Notes: generated by a model not told the origin, from the sequence alone. A stretch of DNA of 64,000 nucleotides from Thermofilaceae archaeon (GCA_038861545.1 JAWCCZ010000003.1:128001-192000), one strand, 5' to 3'. Counted from the first letter of the stretch, positions 1 to 9,915 are shown. Numbers and translations are program-made.

Positions 1-516
1 GCGACAATCGATACCAACCAGATACAGAAAATAGCTAAGGCTTTTCTATCACCAGAGGAGGAAGCTCTTCGGATTTTTGAGGGGTTAAACGTTACATACG
101 TAGTGGTTTTTGAACCTTTCCTATCCGCAACTTTACCCAACTTAGGCATTACAGTATATTATTCACCAGCAGGAAGCGCATACGGAGGAGACTTAGCCAA
201 GAGCTACCAAATGGCCCGTTGGATTGGGGCCGATACAGAGAAGTACCTCGGGTTCGGATACGTTGACAGCTACCCCATTATAGTGCCGAAGGATAATGAT
301 GAAGCTCGTAATGCTACACTTTATCGGCTACTTTTCTCTAGGGCTACTGGGAGGTACTTCTACATTTTTGATCAACAGCTATCTTACTGGATAAGCTACG
401 AGGGTCCCCGCCCGACGATACCAGAGCCCGAGCACTTTGAACTTGTATTTGCTTCGTCACCTAACAGGTGGGTATTAGTATATAAGGTCATTTACCCTGA
501 GCCGAAGACTCCCTAA
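1..516 (+). CDS. aglB: Oligosaccharyltransferase AglB/STT3, C-terminal part (5' truncated by window edge)
   Basis: Frame is open from base 1 (ATIDTNQIQKIAKAFLSPEEEA...). GGDLAKSYQM matches the DK motif (DxxKxxxM), and the protein ends in a typical 'FELVF..S..WVLVYKV' segment. Confidence 0.8.
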   Translation, partial: ATIDTNQIQKIAKAFLSPEEEALRIFEGLNVTYVVVFEPFLSATLPNLGITVYYSPAGSAYGGDLAKSYQMARWIGADTEKYLGFGYVDSYPIIVPKDNDEARNATLYRLLFSRATGRYFYIFDQQLSYWISYEGPRPTIPEPEHFELVFASSPNRWVLVYKVIYPEPKTP

Positions 517-673
517 GTAGCTTCATAGCTCTCCTGTACTTGCCATACTTATCTTCTGGGGAAAATTTCGGTGGATGTGGTATCCGAATATTACCGCCAC
601 AATGAGGGCACTTATCGGTTTTTAGCGTATATCTACCGCAATCTAAGCATTTTCTCAACAACCATCGACTCAT
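488..673 (-). CDS. nop10: H/ACA RNP protein Nop10
   Basis: CxxC..YTLK..CPxCGG...HPPKFSPEDKYGKYRR; lies downstream of aIF2alpha. Confidence 0.95.
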   Translation of the reverse strand: MSRWLLRKCLDCGRYTLKTDKCPHCGGNIRIPHPPKFSPEDKYGKYRRAMKLLRESSAQGK

Positions 674-679
674 AGTTGC

Positions 680-1495
680 CTAATCCCTCTGCTTTTCAAA
701 ACTAGCTTGGCATCCCTCTTCCAATGCTTTCTGTAACAAAATTTTTTCTAATTCATTAATGAAATTCTCCAAGTGTTTGGGATCGAAAGCTTCAGCTTCT
801 AATCTATACTTAGGAGACCCTTCAACATAGAATCGGGCTTTAATCTCAGGATGTTTTTCTTTTACCTCTTTCCATGCTGTAAGGATCGCTCGAAGCCTAT
901 TAACACCGTCCCCTTTAGAGCACCTAACCGTGAATATGCATCTAACTTTAACCTTAGGTACTCTAACATAATTCTCTGCTAATTCCAAAAAAGTTGATAA
1001 CCAGGGCTCTTTCACACCGGCTTTTTCGAGAGCTTTTCTCCCTTCCCTGACAGCGGCTTCGAATCCTGTGAAGATTTCTCCGTAGGTTTTCTCCAGCTTT
1101 TCTGCTTCACGGGTTGCTTCGCTTAGTGATCCCCCCAGTTTCCTGGCCGCAAGCTCGAGTAATTTCGCAGCCCTCTGGGATCTCTTCCATTCTTGAAGCT
1201 TAGCTCTTCTTTCATTTTCAGCTACGCGTTTTAACGATACATCTACATGTTTTCTTTTAGGATCTATTCTAATAACTTTAAAAACTTTCTTTTGGCCAAT
1301 TTTCAAAACTTCTCTTATATTCTTAAACCAAGAATGAGATACTTCATTAAACGGTATATATGCTTCTAAACCCCCATACTCGTCCAGTGTAATGAATGCT
1401 CCATGATCCTCTATTTTCTTTACGGTACCGACCACTAGTTCAAAGAGCTTTGGAAGCTCATGTGTTGACAAACAACTCACCGCCATTAATTTCAA
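680..1495 (-). CDS. eif2a: Translation initiation factor 2 subunit alpha (true start may be a few codons downstream)
   Basis: N-terminal S1 domain (ELVVGTV..GAFITLDEY..IPFNEVS..KVIRID..VDVSLKRV); conserved gene context. Confidence 0.95.
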   Translation of the reverse strand: MKLMAVSCLSTHELPKLFELVVGTVKKIEDHGAFITLDEYGGLEAYIPFNEVSHSWFKNIREVLKIGQKKVFKVIRIDPKRKHVDVSLKRVAENERRAKLQEWKRSQRAAKLLELAARKLGGSLSEATREAEKLEKTYGEIFTGFEAAVREGRKALEKAGVKEPWLSTFLELAENYVRVPKVKVRCIFTVRCSKGDGVNRLRAILTAWKEVKEKHPEIKARFYVEGSPKYRLEAEAFDPKHLENFINELEKILLQKALEEGCQASFEKQRD

Positions 1496-1692
1496 TCAAG
1501 TGTTTTAAGCACTTCTCCCCCAATCGATGCTCTACCGCCTGTAGGTTTAACTAAAATACGACCACACATATGACACGAAACATTGTACGTCGCATGGGTA
1601 AATATAATCTGTTCGTTACCACAGTCAGGGCACCGTACTAAGATAAATTTGCTACGAGGAAATGGTACAAGTATTTTACCAAAGAGCGGCAT
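1492..1692 (-). CDS. rps27e: 30S ribosomal protein S27e
   Basis: PRSKFILVRCPDCGNEQIIF..CHMCG..LVKPTGG. Confidence 0.96.
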   Translation of the reverse strand: MPLFGKILVPFPRSKFILVRCPDCGNEQIIFTHATYNVSCHMCGRILVKPTGGRASIGGEVLKTLD

Positions 1693-1980
1693 TTATGACA
1701 CCTTTTCAGCAAGCTCAAACTTTCTTAACCTACCAAGGGATTTATGCCGCATATAGCCACAAACGCTGCATTTTAGCCTGATTACCTGCTTTTTTGTAAC
1801 TTTGGCGAATTCCTTTTGTTCGGGTTTTCTCTTTGAACCATATCCTTCTTGTTTACGAAGGTATCTACGTTGACCAGCGGCAAGCGTTCTTCTCTTACCG
1901 GCTTTATATACCGATACTTGGTGTTTAGTATAGGCTTTGCAACGGGGACAGTACGATCTAACTTCCTTGGGAAATCTCAA
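1693..1980 (-). CDS. rpl44e: 50S ribosomal protein L44e
   Basis: YCPRCK..H.V..YKAGK...GQRRY.RKQ.GYG..AKVTKK..LKC. Confidence 0.96.
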   Translation of the reverse strand: MRFPKEVRSYCPRCKAYTKHQVSVYKAGKRRTLAAGQRRYLRKQEGYGSKRKPEQKEFAKVTKKQVIRLKCSVCGYMRHKSLGRLRKFELAEKVS

Positions 1981-2046
1981 GCTTTAACCCCCAACCTTGC
2001 ATAGGTATGCAGTATTAAGCGTTACGCGCTTTTGCACACGTTTTAT

Positions 2047-2610
2047 CTAACTGTCATTTAAGTCTACAATTTTTTTCGCTACGCCTGCTCTCTCGAGCTC
2101 TGCTGCATCTGTACTTGGAATAATAGCTACATCGTTCATAGAGAATGGACCGAGAATTCTTCCGTCACTTAATACCACTTTTGAGTAAGGTTTAGAAAAT
2201 GATACTATGGATAGCTTTAAAACTTTTCCTTTATTTTGAGATGAACTAGCCTCTAATTTAGAAATACTGGATAGCGTTTCAAGTATTTTATCTAGGATTT
2301 CCGATTCTTCTTTAGGCACTACAATATTGGGTTTCTCTCCCTTAAACCAAACATATAGTAGCTCCTTAGTTAACCTTAAGAGTAGTATACTATGCACTGT
2401 ACTGTGCACCCTTTTAATCCATTCTTCTAGTAGCTCCTTGCTAATTTCGCCGCTAACTGTGACATTGTGTATCTCAGATAGGCGAGTCTTTATTTTAACA
2501 TAGAAATCAACCTCTAGAGGATAAACTTCATTGCTTTCGATTTCTCTTTTAAGTATATTTTGAAGGTAGCTTTCCACGTCGCCTATACCGGACATTTGGT
2601 CGAGTACCAT
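2047..2610 (-). CDS. DNA replication GINS subunit (Gins51/Gins15-like)
   Basis: Helical A domain (REIESNE..L..DFY) plus C-terminal B domain (DGRILGPFSMNDVAIIP..DA..L...GVA); canonical position after priS. Confidence 0.8.
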   Translation of the reverse strand: MVLDQMSGIGDVESYLQNILKREIESNEVYPLEVDFYVKIKTRLSEIHNVTVSGEISKELLEEWIKRVHSTVHSILLLRLTKELLYVWFKGEKPNIVVPKEESEILDKILETLSSISKLEASSSQNKGKVLKLSIVSFSKPYSKVVLSDGRILGPFSMNDVAIIPSTDAAELERAGVAKKIVDLNDS

Positions 2611-2661
2611 ATCCCTTACGGCTTATATAGACTCTTCGCTAACGCTTTTTTACTCTCTTAG

Positions 2662-3780
2662 TTATAATACTTGGAAGTTAACAACTTCTGCTCCGTTAAG
2701 CAATAAATATAATGCAGCGTATAAAGGGATCTTTCCCTCATTCTCTTTTAGATTTACATCAAGCATGACTTGTGGAACTCTTTTCGCTTCGATGAAGGCT
2801 TCTCCTCTAAAGGCTTTAACTTTATCGAGGGGGTTTTGGTTTTCTAATTCCTGAATGCTAAAAGTAGCGGCTTTAAGCCCGGTCCTGCCGTGCAAGCTAT
2901 TTTTTAGCCTTATTAGTCTATGTATATCCACTGTTACCTTTTCATCAATAGCTGCTTTCTCGCTTGAAATGCAATTCTCGATAATGATCTGCCAAGTTTT
3001 CAGATCCGTTACAAGCTCGTTGCTAGAAGAATGCAACATAGCCCAGCGAACTATGCGTCCATACCAACCAGGGCTACTTGAATCAAATCTAAGTTTGTAT
3101 CCCCCAGGAACCCGAATGAGTACTTGCCTATAGTCTAACCCCACCCCTCTAATATAATCAACAATCTCGCGCCTGCCATCTTGCCCGAGGCTTTTAACAG
3201 CCTCTGATTCAACATGTACGTGAAATCCCCTATGACCTGAGAATGTAACAATCATTTCGTTTTTAGATATGCCGAAATCATTCTCTAAAAATTCGTTTAG
3301 CTTCAATACTTCATCCCGAGCTACATTAATGCATGTCTCACAAATCCAAACCTCTCTCTCTATACTTTCACTACCGCACCTAGGACATTTCTCGCATGTA
3401 CCCCACCCCGTGGCTCCACATTTCTTGCATGACCATCGATCATGGAGCTCTTTACAAGGAGTTTCAACATGATCTACGTCTATATCGAAAACTAAGTCCG
3501 CACCCCGCCAACCCTTTGAATCCATATCTTTAGCCGAGGGATTAGCGTAGTAGGCTGATGAATGGTAGACGTGACGCGGAACGGAGTAGCGTAGTTGCTC
3601 AATAAGATCTGCTGGGGTATAAAAAGAAACGTGCCTTTGCATTCCGGCTCCTTCAAAGTAGGAGAATGCGAACTCACGCATCGAGAAAGAACTGATGTTT
3701 ACATCTTCTGGGTTAAGTTTTCTATAATAATCTCGAAAAAGGATCTTTCCTATCGTAGCAGGCTTGGAGCATCTGTTCAT
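2662..3780 (-). CDS. priS: DNA primase small (catalytic) subunit
   Basis: REFAF, GADLVFDID, FSGHRGFHVHV and IDEKVTVDIHRLIRL..SLHG motifs. Confidence 0.96.
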   Translation of the reverse strand: MNRCSKPATIGKILFRDYYRKLNPEDVNISSFSMREFAFSYFEGAGMQRHVSFYTPADLIEQLRYSVPRHVYHSSAYYANPSAKDMDSKGWRGADLVFDIDVDHVETPCKELHDRWSCKKCGATGWGTCEKCPRCGSESIEREVWICETCINVARDEVLKLNEFLENDFGISKNEMIVTFSGHRGFHVHVESEAVKSLGQDGRREIVDYIRGVGLDYRQVLIRVPGGYKLRFDSSSPGWYGRIVRWAMLHSSSNELVTDLKTWQIIIENCISSEKAAIDEKVTVDIHRLIRLKNSLHGRTGLKAATFSIQELENQNPLDKVKAFRGEAFIEAKRVPQVMLDVNLKENEGKIPLYAALYLLLNGAEVVNFQVL

Positions 3781-4826
3781 ACTTTATCTCGCTTGGAGGC
3801 TATATGGGGTCGCAGCGATTTCCAGTAGTACTGAAGAGGATGTTTAACGCCACATTCAGCTATGCAGAGACCTAAGGTTTTCATGTTATCACATTTGTAT
3901 GGTGAGTACTTTTTCCTAGAACCCCTCATTCCAGCTATGTGTTCAATTTGGTATCTAGTTACTTGTTCTTTAAAATCGGGCGCGACTCTAAAGACTTCAA
4001 GGACTTCTTCTACGTTTAATCCTATGTTTAACATAAATGACGCAAGCATAAACCTTGCGCTATGTGGTATGTTTTTTCCAGCCTTCACACTATCTATAAT
4101 GGCTTTTACACAAGGAGGTAGAGCCTTTTCCCAGTTATCGACTTCAACTATCTCCCAGTTTTCTTTAATATTCCTTAGATATGTACCCCATTCAGAGCTT
4201 AATCTTTCAGCTAAAGAGTATAGGGAGTCAGGAATTTGTAGCTCTTCTACTTCGACTTCTTCTACTCTTTTTTCAATTAGAGCTCTTAACCGTTCCTCTC
4301 CAAGCCTAATAGTTTCTACCCTATTAACATAAACCCAGCCTTTGTCGACTACGCGGTGAACAAGTTTCCATGAGCCTCTCCTTTCTGGTATACTGTCTAA
4401 ATAATCGAAAACACTGATAGATAAAGGATAACCGAAAACGTTTCCCTCATACCTAACTTTAATCCCTAAACTGTTAAGAAGATATAGTAGTTTATCTAGC
4501 TCTTCTCCACTCAAGAAAAACCGGGTTCTCCTAGCAAAGGTTGTAGCGAACCGTCTAACGAGTAAGCGATCACCTATTAATTTTAAAACTAGTAAACTTG
4601 TCATAAAAGAAATTATCTCCTCGTCGCAATCTCCAGCAGGTGGAGATATCTCAGAGTTTCTTATAGAGGCTTCAATATATTGACTTGCTCTCTCAATTAT
4701 ACTTTTTAAAGCACCACTAGCCATGTCGGCCAGTGTTAACCCCAACTCTTTTACTCGCTCTATTGCAATTGGTAGAAAAGGGTATTTACGCAGGTCATCA
4801 TCGGTTATTAATAGTTCGCTCTTCAA
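3777..4826 (-). CDS. priL: DNA primase large subunit
   Basis: KYPFL N-terminus; C-terminal Fe-S domain (PPC..H.ARF..PDF..TRYQIEHIAG..Y..CDNM..GLC..C..KHPLQYY). Confidence 0.95.
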   Translation of the reverse strand: MKSELLITDDDLRKYPFLPIAIERVKELGLTLADMASGALKSIIERASQYIEASIRNSEISPPAGDCDEEIISFMTSLLVLKLIGDRLLVRRFATTFARRTRFFLSGEELDKLLYLLNSLGIKVRYEGNVFGYPLSISVFDYLDSIPERRGSWKLVHRVVDKGWVYVNRVETIRLGEERLRALIEKRVEEVEVEELQIPDSLYSLAERLSSEWGTYLRNIKENWEIVEVDNWEKALPPCVKAIIDSVKAGKNIPHSARFMLASFMLNIGLNVEEVLEVFRVAPDFKEQVTRYQIEHIAGMRGSRKKYSPYKCDNMKTLGLCIAECGVKHPLQYYWKSLRPHIASKRDKV

Positions 4827-4832
4827 GGCGTC

Positions 4833-5585
4833 TTATGCCTCTAGCCTCGGGGCTAGATAATACCTCAGAGTTCCGCCTCCCACGATTTCAAAACTTAACG
4901 ACAAAGGCTTGTTTGAAGAGAACTCAACAGTTACTAGTTCGCTTATCCTGTAAGCTTTGCTGACGATGTCATCTAAGTAATTTAGGCTATAGCTTGCAAT
5001 AGATGGCTGTCTCACCTCATATTCTATAAGAGATCCGCTTTCCGGCGAAAACTTAGCCTCTAATTCTCCTTTATCGCTTTTCGCGATAATTTTTAGCGTG
5101 TTTTCCTCCCCTATGAATTTAACAGTATCACTTATCATTTCAGCATCTTTTAACGAATCTCGAAACGTATCTGATAGCATTTTAGCAACAACATCAAACG
5201 TGACCCTGGGTGTTGGTAATTCCTCTCCCATAACATCGATGAGAGGAAGCGAAAAACTCCTCTCAGCTTTGCCGGCAAGTATTACCTTAAACCTTCTTCC
5301 TTCAATCTCGAAGATTATTTTATCTTCGGCTTTAGCCCTTCTCAGAACTTTATTAAGATCATCAAAATTGACCCCTATCTTAACTTGACTTTCCCCTATA
5401 TCATATATACTAAAGGCCTCTCTGGGGACATGTAAATCAACCATTGCTATTCTTGAGGGGTCTAATGCACGTAGCTTTAGAGCCTCACCATCCATTATGA
5501 AACTCGCCTCATCGACAATTGCATTTAGGCTTTCCATCAAATACCTCCAGTCCCTAGCATCCTGAAATTCAAACCTAATGGGCAT
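4833..5585 (-). CDS. pcn: Sliding clamp PCNA
   Basis: LRALDPSRIAMVDL, YSLNYL and YYLAPR C-terminus; 250 aa. Confidence 0.97.
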   Translation of the reverse strand: MPIRFEFQDARDWRYLMESLNAIVDEASFIMDGEALKLRALDPSRIAMVDLHVPREAFSIYDIGESQVKIGVNFDDLNKVLRRAKAEDKIIFEIEGRRFKVILAGKAERSFSLPLIDVMGEELPTPRVTFDVVAKMLSDTFRDSLKDAEMISDTVKFIGEENTLKIIAKSDKGELEAKFSPESGSLIEYEVRQPSIASYSLNYLDDIVSKAYRISELVTVEFSSNKPLSLSFEIVGGGTLRYYLAPRLEA

Positions 5586-5755
5586 AACATTCCTCGGAAT
5601 ATTGTTTCCTTTGATGTACTATTTATACTAGTCGTCCATTCTTCTCTTTATCTAATCGGCTGTTGAGTTAGAAATTTGAAAGTAATATCTTTAGATAAAT
5701 TATATATCTAGTTATAATGTTTTATATAAGCGGTGTTCTATGAAATTGCTTACGT

Positions 5756-6091
5756 TCACTGATATTCACGCCATACATAACCACATTTGACGCACTTGAA
5801 AAACCTAGTAGCCGGTTCGTCACCCGCTCTAGTTTGCATTTCCCAATAATAAGCTTCTTCACTCCTACAGCGGGGGCATTCGATCTTCGTTTTGGGTAAG
5901 ACTTCCACCTTGACATTGCTATCAATGACGAGTATTACATCATCTGGTTTGCGCTGTACAGTTCGCTTAACTTTATAAGCCTCTTTGTTATCAGCTAAGG
6001 ATTCGTATCCGCACCTTTGGCATCTTAGTACTGTTTTATCGTTTCTCCTTTGCGGTAACATTAGGCTACCGCACTTTGGACAATACTTCAT
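5756..6091 (-). CDS. tfs: Transcription factor S (TFS/RpoM)
   Basis: Two zinc ribbons; QTRAGDEPATRFFKC carries the catalytic DE pair. Confidence 0.95.
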   Translation of the reverse strand: MKYCPKCGSLMLPQRRNDKTVLRCQRCGYESLADNKEAYKVKRTVQRKPDDVILVIDSNVKVEVLPKTKIECPRCRSEEAYYWEMQTRAGDEPATRFFKCVKCGYVWREYQ

Positions 6092-6276
6092 GGCTAACCC
6101 AAGGGGATCTAGTAATCACCTTTAGCTTTTTCCGTTCAATATTTGAGCAAGTAGTTAAATTTTCTGATATCTTCAGAACTATTGTTTTGGATAGACGGTG
6201 TCATCCATAAAAGCTAGTTTGAACTTTCTAAAAGGCTTGACGGCAACCCTATATACTGGTTTGTGTCTATGGTCGC

Positions 6277-6696
6277 GTGGAACAATGTCTAGAGTATAAC
6301 ATACTACTAGAACGAGCTTATAAAATGATACCTTCGAAAAGCATAGTGAGGGAGCGGTTCGAAGTAGAAGAACCCGAAGTGATGGTTACAGGAAAAAGAA
6401 CTTTTGTCTTAAACTTTAAGAAAATATGCGATGACATGAACAGAGAGCCAGAGATCCTTCTGAGGTACTTGCTGAAAGAGCTGGGAGCGTCGGGTAACCG
6501 AGAAGAAGATGTAGCAGTTATATATGGAGTATTTTCCTCTAAGATGATTAAGGAATTAATTAATTTGTTCTTGAAAAGCTACGTGTATTGTTCAGTATGT
6601 GGTAGTCCGGATACTATTCTAAGAAGAGAGGAAAGGAAACTGATGCAGTTAAAATGTATGGCATGCGGTGCTTTAACTCCAGTTAAACCATTTTAA
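6277..6696 (+). CDS. eif2b: Translation initiation factor 2 subunit beta
   Basis: LLERAY..ERFE..NF..I...NRE..YLLKELG..YVYCSVCGSPDT..CMACGA. Confidence 0.95.
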   Translation: MEQCLEYNILLERAYKMIPSKSIVRERFEVEEPEVMVTGKRTFVLNFKKICDDMNREPEILLRYLLKELGASGNREEDVAVIYGVFSSKMIKELINLFLKSYVYCSVCGSPDTILRREERKLMQLKCMACGALTPVKPF

Positions 6697-6744
6697 CTTG
6701 GTATTGCAGGCGTAAAGGCTTTATTCATCCATAGTTAAACATAG

Positions 6745-7071
6745 ATGATGAACGAATTACCCAGCGACGCTGAAGTTCTCATGAACCGAATAATAGCTAA
6801 AGCGGCATGGCTCATGCATGAGGGACGTATAATTAAGATAAGCGATAAAATGTACTACGTGGTTGGGAGGAAAAACAGGCACATTGTTAGGGTGAATAAT
6901 GAAGAGCTTTCATGTACTTGCGATGGCTTCAAAGAGAGGAGCGTATGTTCGCATGTAATAGCTGTTTCGACAATAATTAAATTTGGTGGGGGGGAAGAAC
7001 GTTTTGATGAGTTCGTAAGGAATCGAGTATTGAGGGAGCTTAAGCTCCTGGGCCGACAACCTATAAGATGA
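6745..7071 (+). CDS. SWIM zinc finger protein
   Basis: CTCDGF....CSHVIAV matches the CxCx(n)CxH SWIM motif. Confidence 0.8.
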   Translation: MMNELPSDAEVLMNRIIAKAAWLMHEGRIIKISDKMYYVVGRKNRHIVRVNNEELSCTCDGFKERSVCSHVIAVSTIIKFGGGEERFDEFVRNRVLRELKLLGRQPIR

Positions 7072-7166
7072 TCATAGAAGGTGCGAAATTATTTGACTAA
7101 TTTATCAGGGAACTCCTCAAACCCTATGCTGCGAAGAGCGCCAATGAGCTCACGCATCAAATATTT

Positions 7167-7220
7167 GGGTCTGACGGTTTGGTACACTTCATAGATCAGT
7201 TCACGGACGCTCGTCATCCC
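7167..7220 (-). ncRNA. Box C/D methylation guide sRNA
   Basis: Minus strand reads GGG-AUGACGA(C)-GCGUCCGUGAA-CUGA(D')-UCU-AUGAAG(C')-UGUACCAAACCGU-CAGA(D)-CCC. It is 54 nt, has a terminal GGG/CCC stem, is intergenic, and has an AT-rich TATA-like tract about 25-30 nt upstream. Confidence 0.8.
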
Positions 7221-7428
7221 CTAATTCTATACTTACATTACTATTTTAAAAATATTTATAGTGGTAGGATTATTAAGACCAGTAAACCCAATCAATGGTA
7301 ACTACGTGAAACATTTATATTTTCACCATAGTTTCCACGCTTGAAACTTTTAGCGCAACTTTACAGACTATTGTGAAAAATACTAGGGTAATCCTTAAAA
7401 CATCACATGTACTCCCCTCCCGAGAGGC

Positions 7429-9915
7429 ATGGCTAAGGATAAGGCAACGAAGATAATATTATGGTTCGAAGAGCTGACAAAAGAAGATGTCCCCCTAGTT
7501 GGTGGCAAATGTGCTAATTTAGGTGAAATGAGCAGAGCCGGTATACCTGTCCCACCAGGTTTCGCCGTTAGTGCTTATGCTTACAAACGTTTCATAGAGG
7601 AAACTGGTATCAAAGATAAGATACAGGATATTTTGAGAGAACGGGTAAGACCAGGCGCCTCCGCTCCAGAGGATTATATAGAAGCTAGCAAAGAAATTAG
7701 AAAATTGATAGAGAGCACATCCATGCCTAAAGATATTGAAAATGAGATAAAGAGAGCTTATAAGGAGCTCAGCAAGCGTGTAAGTAAAACTGAAGAGTTT
7801 GTAGCTGTACGAAGTAGCGCTACAGCAGAAGACTTACCCGATGCAAGTTTTGCAGGGCAGCAAGAAACGTATCTTAACGTGAAGGGAGAAGATGACGTTG
7901 TTGACAAGGTTAGGAGATGCTGGTCCAGTCTATTCACCCCTAGAGCCATATTTTACAGGGAAAGTAAAGGGTTCTCGCACGAGAAGGTTTTGATAAGCGT
8001 AGCTGTACAAAAGATGGTCAACTCCCGTGCGGCAGGAGTTATGTTTACAATACATCCGGTCACCGGAGAGCAAGATAAAATAGTAATCGAAGGGTCCTGG
8101 GGGCTTGGCGAGAGCGTCGTATCTGGGAAAGTCACTCCCGATGAGTGGGTTGTTGATAAAAATACATTAACCGTAGTCGACAGGAGAGTAGCTGAGAAAA
8201 ATTTTGAGATAGTAAGAGATAAGTTGACTGGCCGAAACTTAGAAAGGGAGGTTGAACCGGAACGAAGAACAAAACCGGTTTTAAACGATGAAGAGATACG
8301 TAAGTTAGCAGAGCTCGCTGTAAAAATCGAGAAGCACTATGGCAGACCAATGGATATAGAATGGGCCATCGATGGAGATTTAAAATTCCCTGAAAACGTG
8401 TTTATTGTCCAGGCGAGACCGGAAACCGTATGGAGTTCTAAGGGTATTGAAGCTGAACCAGCAGAGGCTAAAGGCGTAAGATTAGCTGAGGCTAAAGCAG
8501 TAATAAAAGGTCTTGCTGCCAGTCCCGGCGTAGCATTTGGCAAAGCTAAAGTTTGCTTAACCCTCGAAGATGCAAAGAACTTGATGCAGAAAGGGGATGT
8601 CTTAGTTACCAGGATGACCGATCCTGACTGGGTACCGTACATGAGGCTGGCGGCAGCGATTGTGACCGACGAGGGGGGTATGACTGCCCATGCGGCTATA
8701 GTTAGTAGAGAGCTTGGGATCCCGTGTATCGTAGGCACGCGTGAGGCAACTAAGTTAATGCAAACAGGGAATGAATACACAGTCGACGCCAGAGCTGGAG
8801 TTATTTACGAAGGGTATGTTGAGGATCTTTTAGGCAAGAAAGAAGAGAAACCAGCGGCTATAACGGCACCCTTAGAGCTTGTAGTAAAACCGGCTACTGC
8901 TACAAAGATCTACATGAACTTGGGAGTACCAGAAAAAATCACAGAGTATAAGAATTTGCCATTCGATGGCATTGGGTTAATGCGTGTTGAATTCATAATG
9001 GCCAGTTATGTTGGCGAACACCCATTATATTTGCTTGAAATTGGAAGGGGTGACACCTTAGTTAACAAGATGGCTGAGGGTATTGCAATGGTAGCTAGGG
9101 AAATATATCCTAGACCCATTGTCGTTAGGTTCAGTGACTTTAAGACCAACGAGTATAGGCAGTTAAAAGGAGGTGAAAAGTATGAACCGCATGAAGATAA
9201 TCCAATGCTGGGCTGGCGAGGAGTAAGCAGGTATATCAGCCCACAGTATGAGAAGGCTTTCAGGCTTGAAGTTCAAGCGATAAAGAAGGTTAGGGAGGAG
9301 ATGGGGCTCGGCAATGTATGGGTAATGGCACCCTTTGTGCGAACTCTCTGGGAAGCAGAAAAATTTGTAAAGCTTTTAGCTGAAGAGGGGCTTGAGAGTG
9401 GCCGAGACTTCAAGATATGGGCGATGGCAGAGGTCCCAAGCATAGTTTTCTTAGCCGAAGAGTTCTCTAGGTACTTTGACGGATTCAGTATAGGTAGCAA
9501 TGACCTTACACAGCTTACCTTAGGTACTGATAGGGACAGCGCTATTCTACCAAAAATTGATCCACGATACTTTGACGAGCGCGATCCAGCGGTTAGAACT
9601 GCTGTAGCTATGTTAATCGAAAAAGCTCACAATTCACCGTATGGCTATAGGACAGTGAGCATTTGTGGCCAAGCGCCTAGCGTTTATCCAGAATTCACAG
9701 AGTTCTTAGTTCGAAGCGGGATCGATAGCGTAAGTGTAAACCCTGATGTTGTAGCTAGAACTAGAGAGCTTGTATCCTCTATTGAACGCAGAATAATGCT
9801 TGAAAAACTGCTTGGTATTGAACACTGTGACGACGATCTAGGTTGGCCTATGAGACGCCCTAAGAAAGGTCTGCCGAACGTTTGGGCACGCCGGGTCGAT
9901 GAATTAAACCTATAG
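7429..9915 (+). CDS. ppsA: Phosphoenolpyruvate synthase (pyruvate,water dikinase)
   Basis: VGGK.ANLGE, VAVRSSATAED..SFAGQ, phospho-His motif GGMTAHAAIVSRE, FSIGSNDLTQ, SICGQ. Confidence 0.97.
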   Translation: MAKDKATKIILWFEELTKEDVPLVGGKCANLGEMSRAGIPVPPGFAVSAYAYKRFIEETGIKDKIQDILRERVRPGASAPEDYIEASKEIRKLIESTSMPKDIENEIKRAYKELSKRVSKTEEFVAVRSSATAEDLPDASFAGQQETYLNVKGEDDVVDKVRRCWSSLFTPRAIFYRESKGFSHEKVLISVAVQKMVNSRAAGVMFTIHPVTGEQDKIVIEGSWGLGESVVSGKVTPDEWVVDKNTLTVVDRRVAEKNFEIVRDKLTGRNLEREVEPERRTKPVLNDEEIRKLAELAVKIEKHYGRPMDIEWAIDGDLKFPENVFIVQARPETVWSSKGIEAEPAEAKGVRLAEAKAVIKGLAASPGVAFGKAKVCLTLEDAKNLMQKGDVLVTRMTDPDWVPYMRLAAAIVTDEGGMTAHAAIVSRELGIPCIVGTREATKLMQTGNEYTVDARAGVIYEGYVEDLLGKKEEKPAAITAPLELVVKPATATKIYMNLGVPEKITEYKNLPFDGIGLMRVEFIMASYVGEHPLYLLEIGRGDTLVNKMAEGIAMVAREIYPRPIVVRFSDFKTNEYRQLKGGEKYEPHEDNPMLGWRGVSRYISPQYEKAFRLEVQAIKKVREEMGLGNVWVMAPFVRTLWEAEKFVKLLAEEGLESGRDFKIWAMAEVPSIVFLAEEFSRYFDGFSIGSNDLTQLTLGTDRDSAILPKIDPRYFDERDPAVRTAVAMLIEKAHNSPYGYRTVSICGQAPSVYPEFTEFLVRSGIDSVSVNPDVVARTRELVSSIERRIMLEKLLGIEHCDDDLGWPMRRPKKGLPNVWARRVDELNL

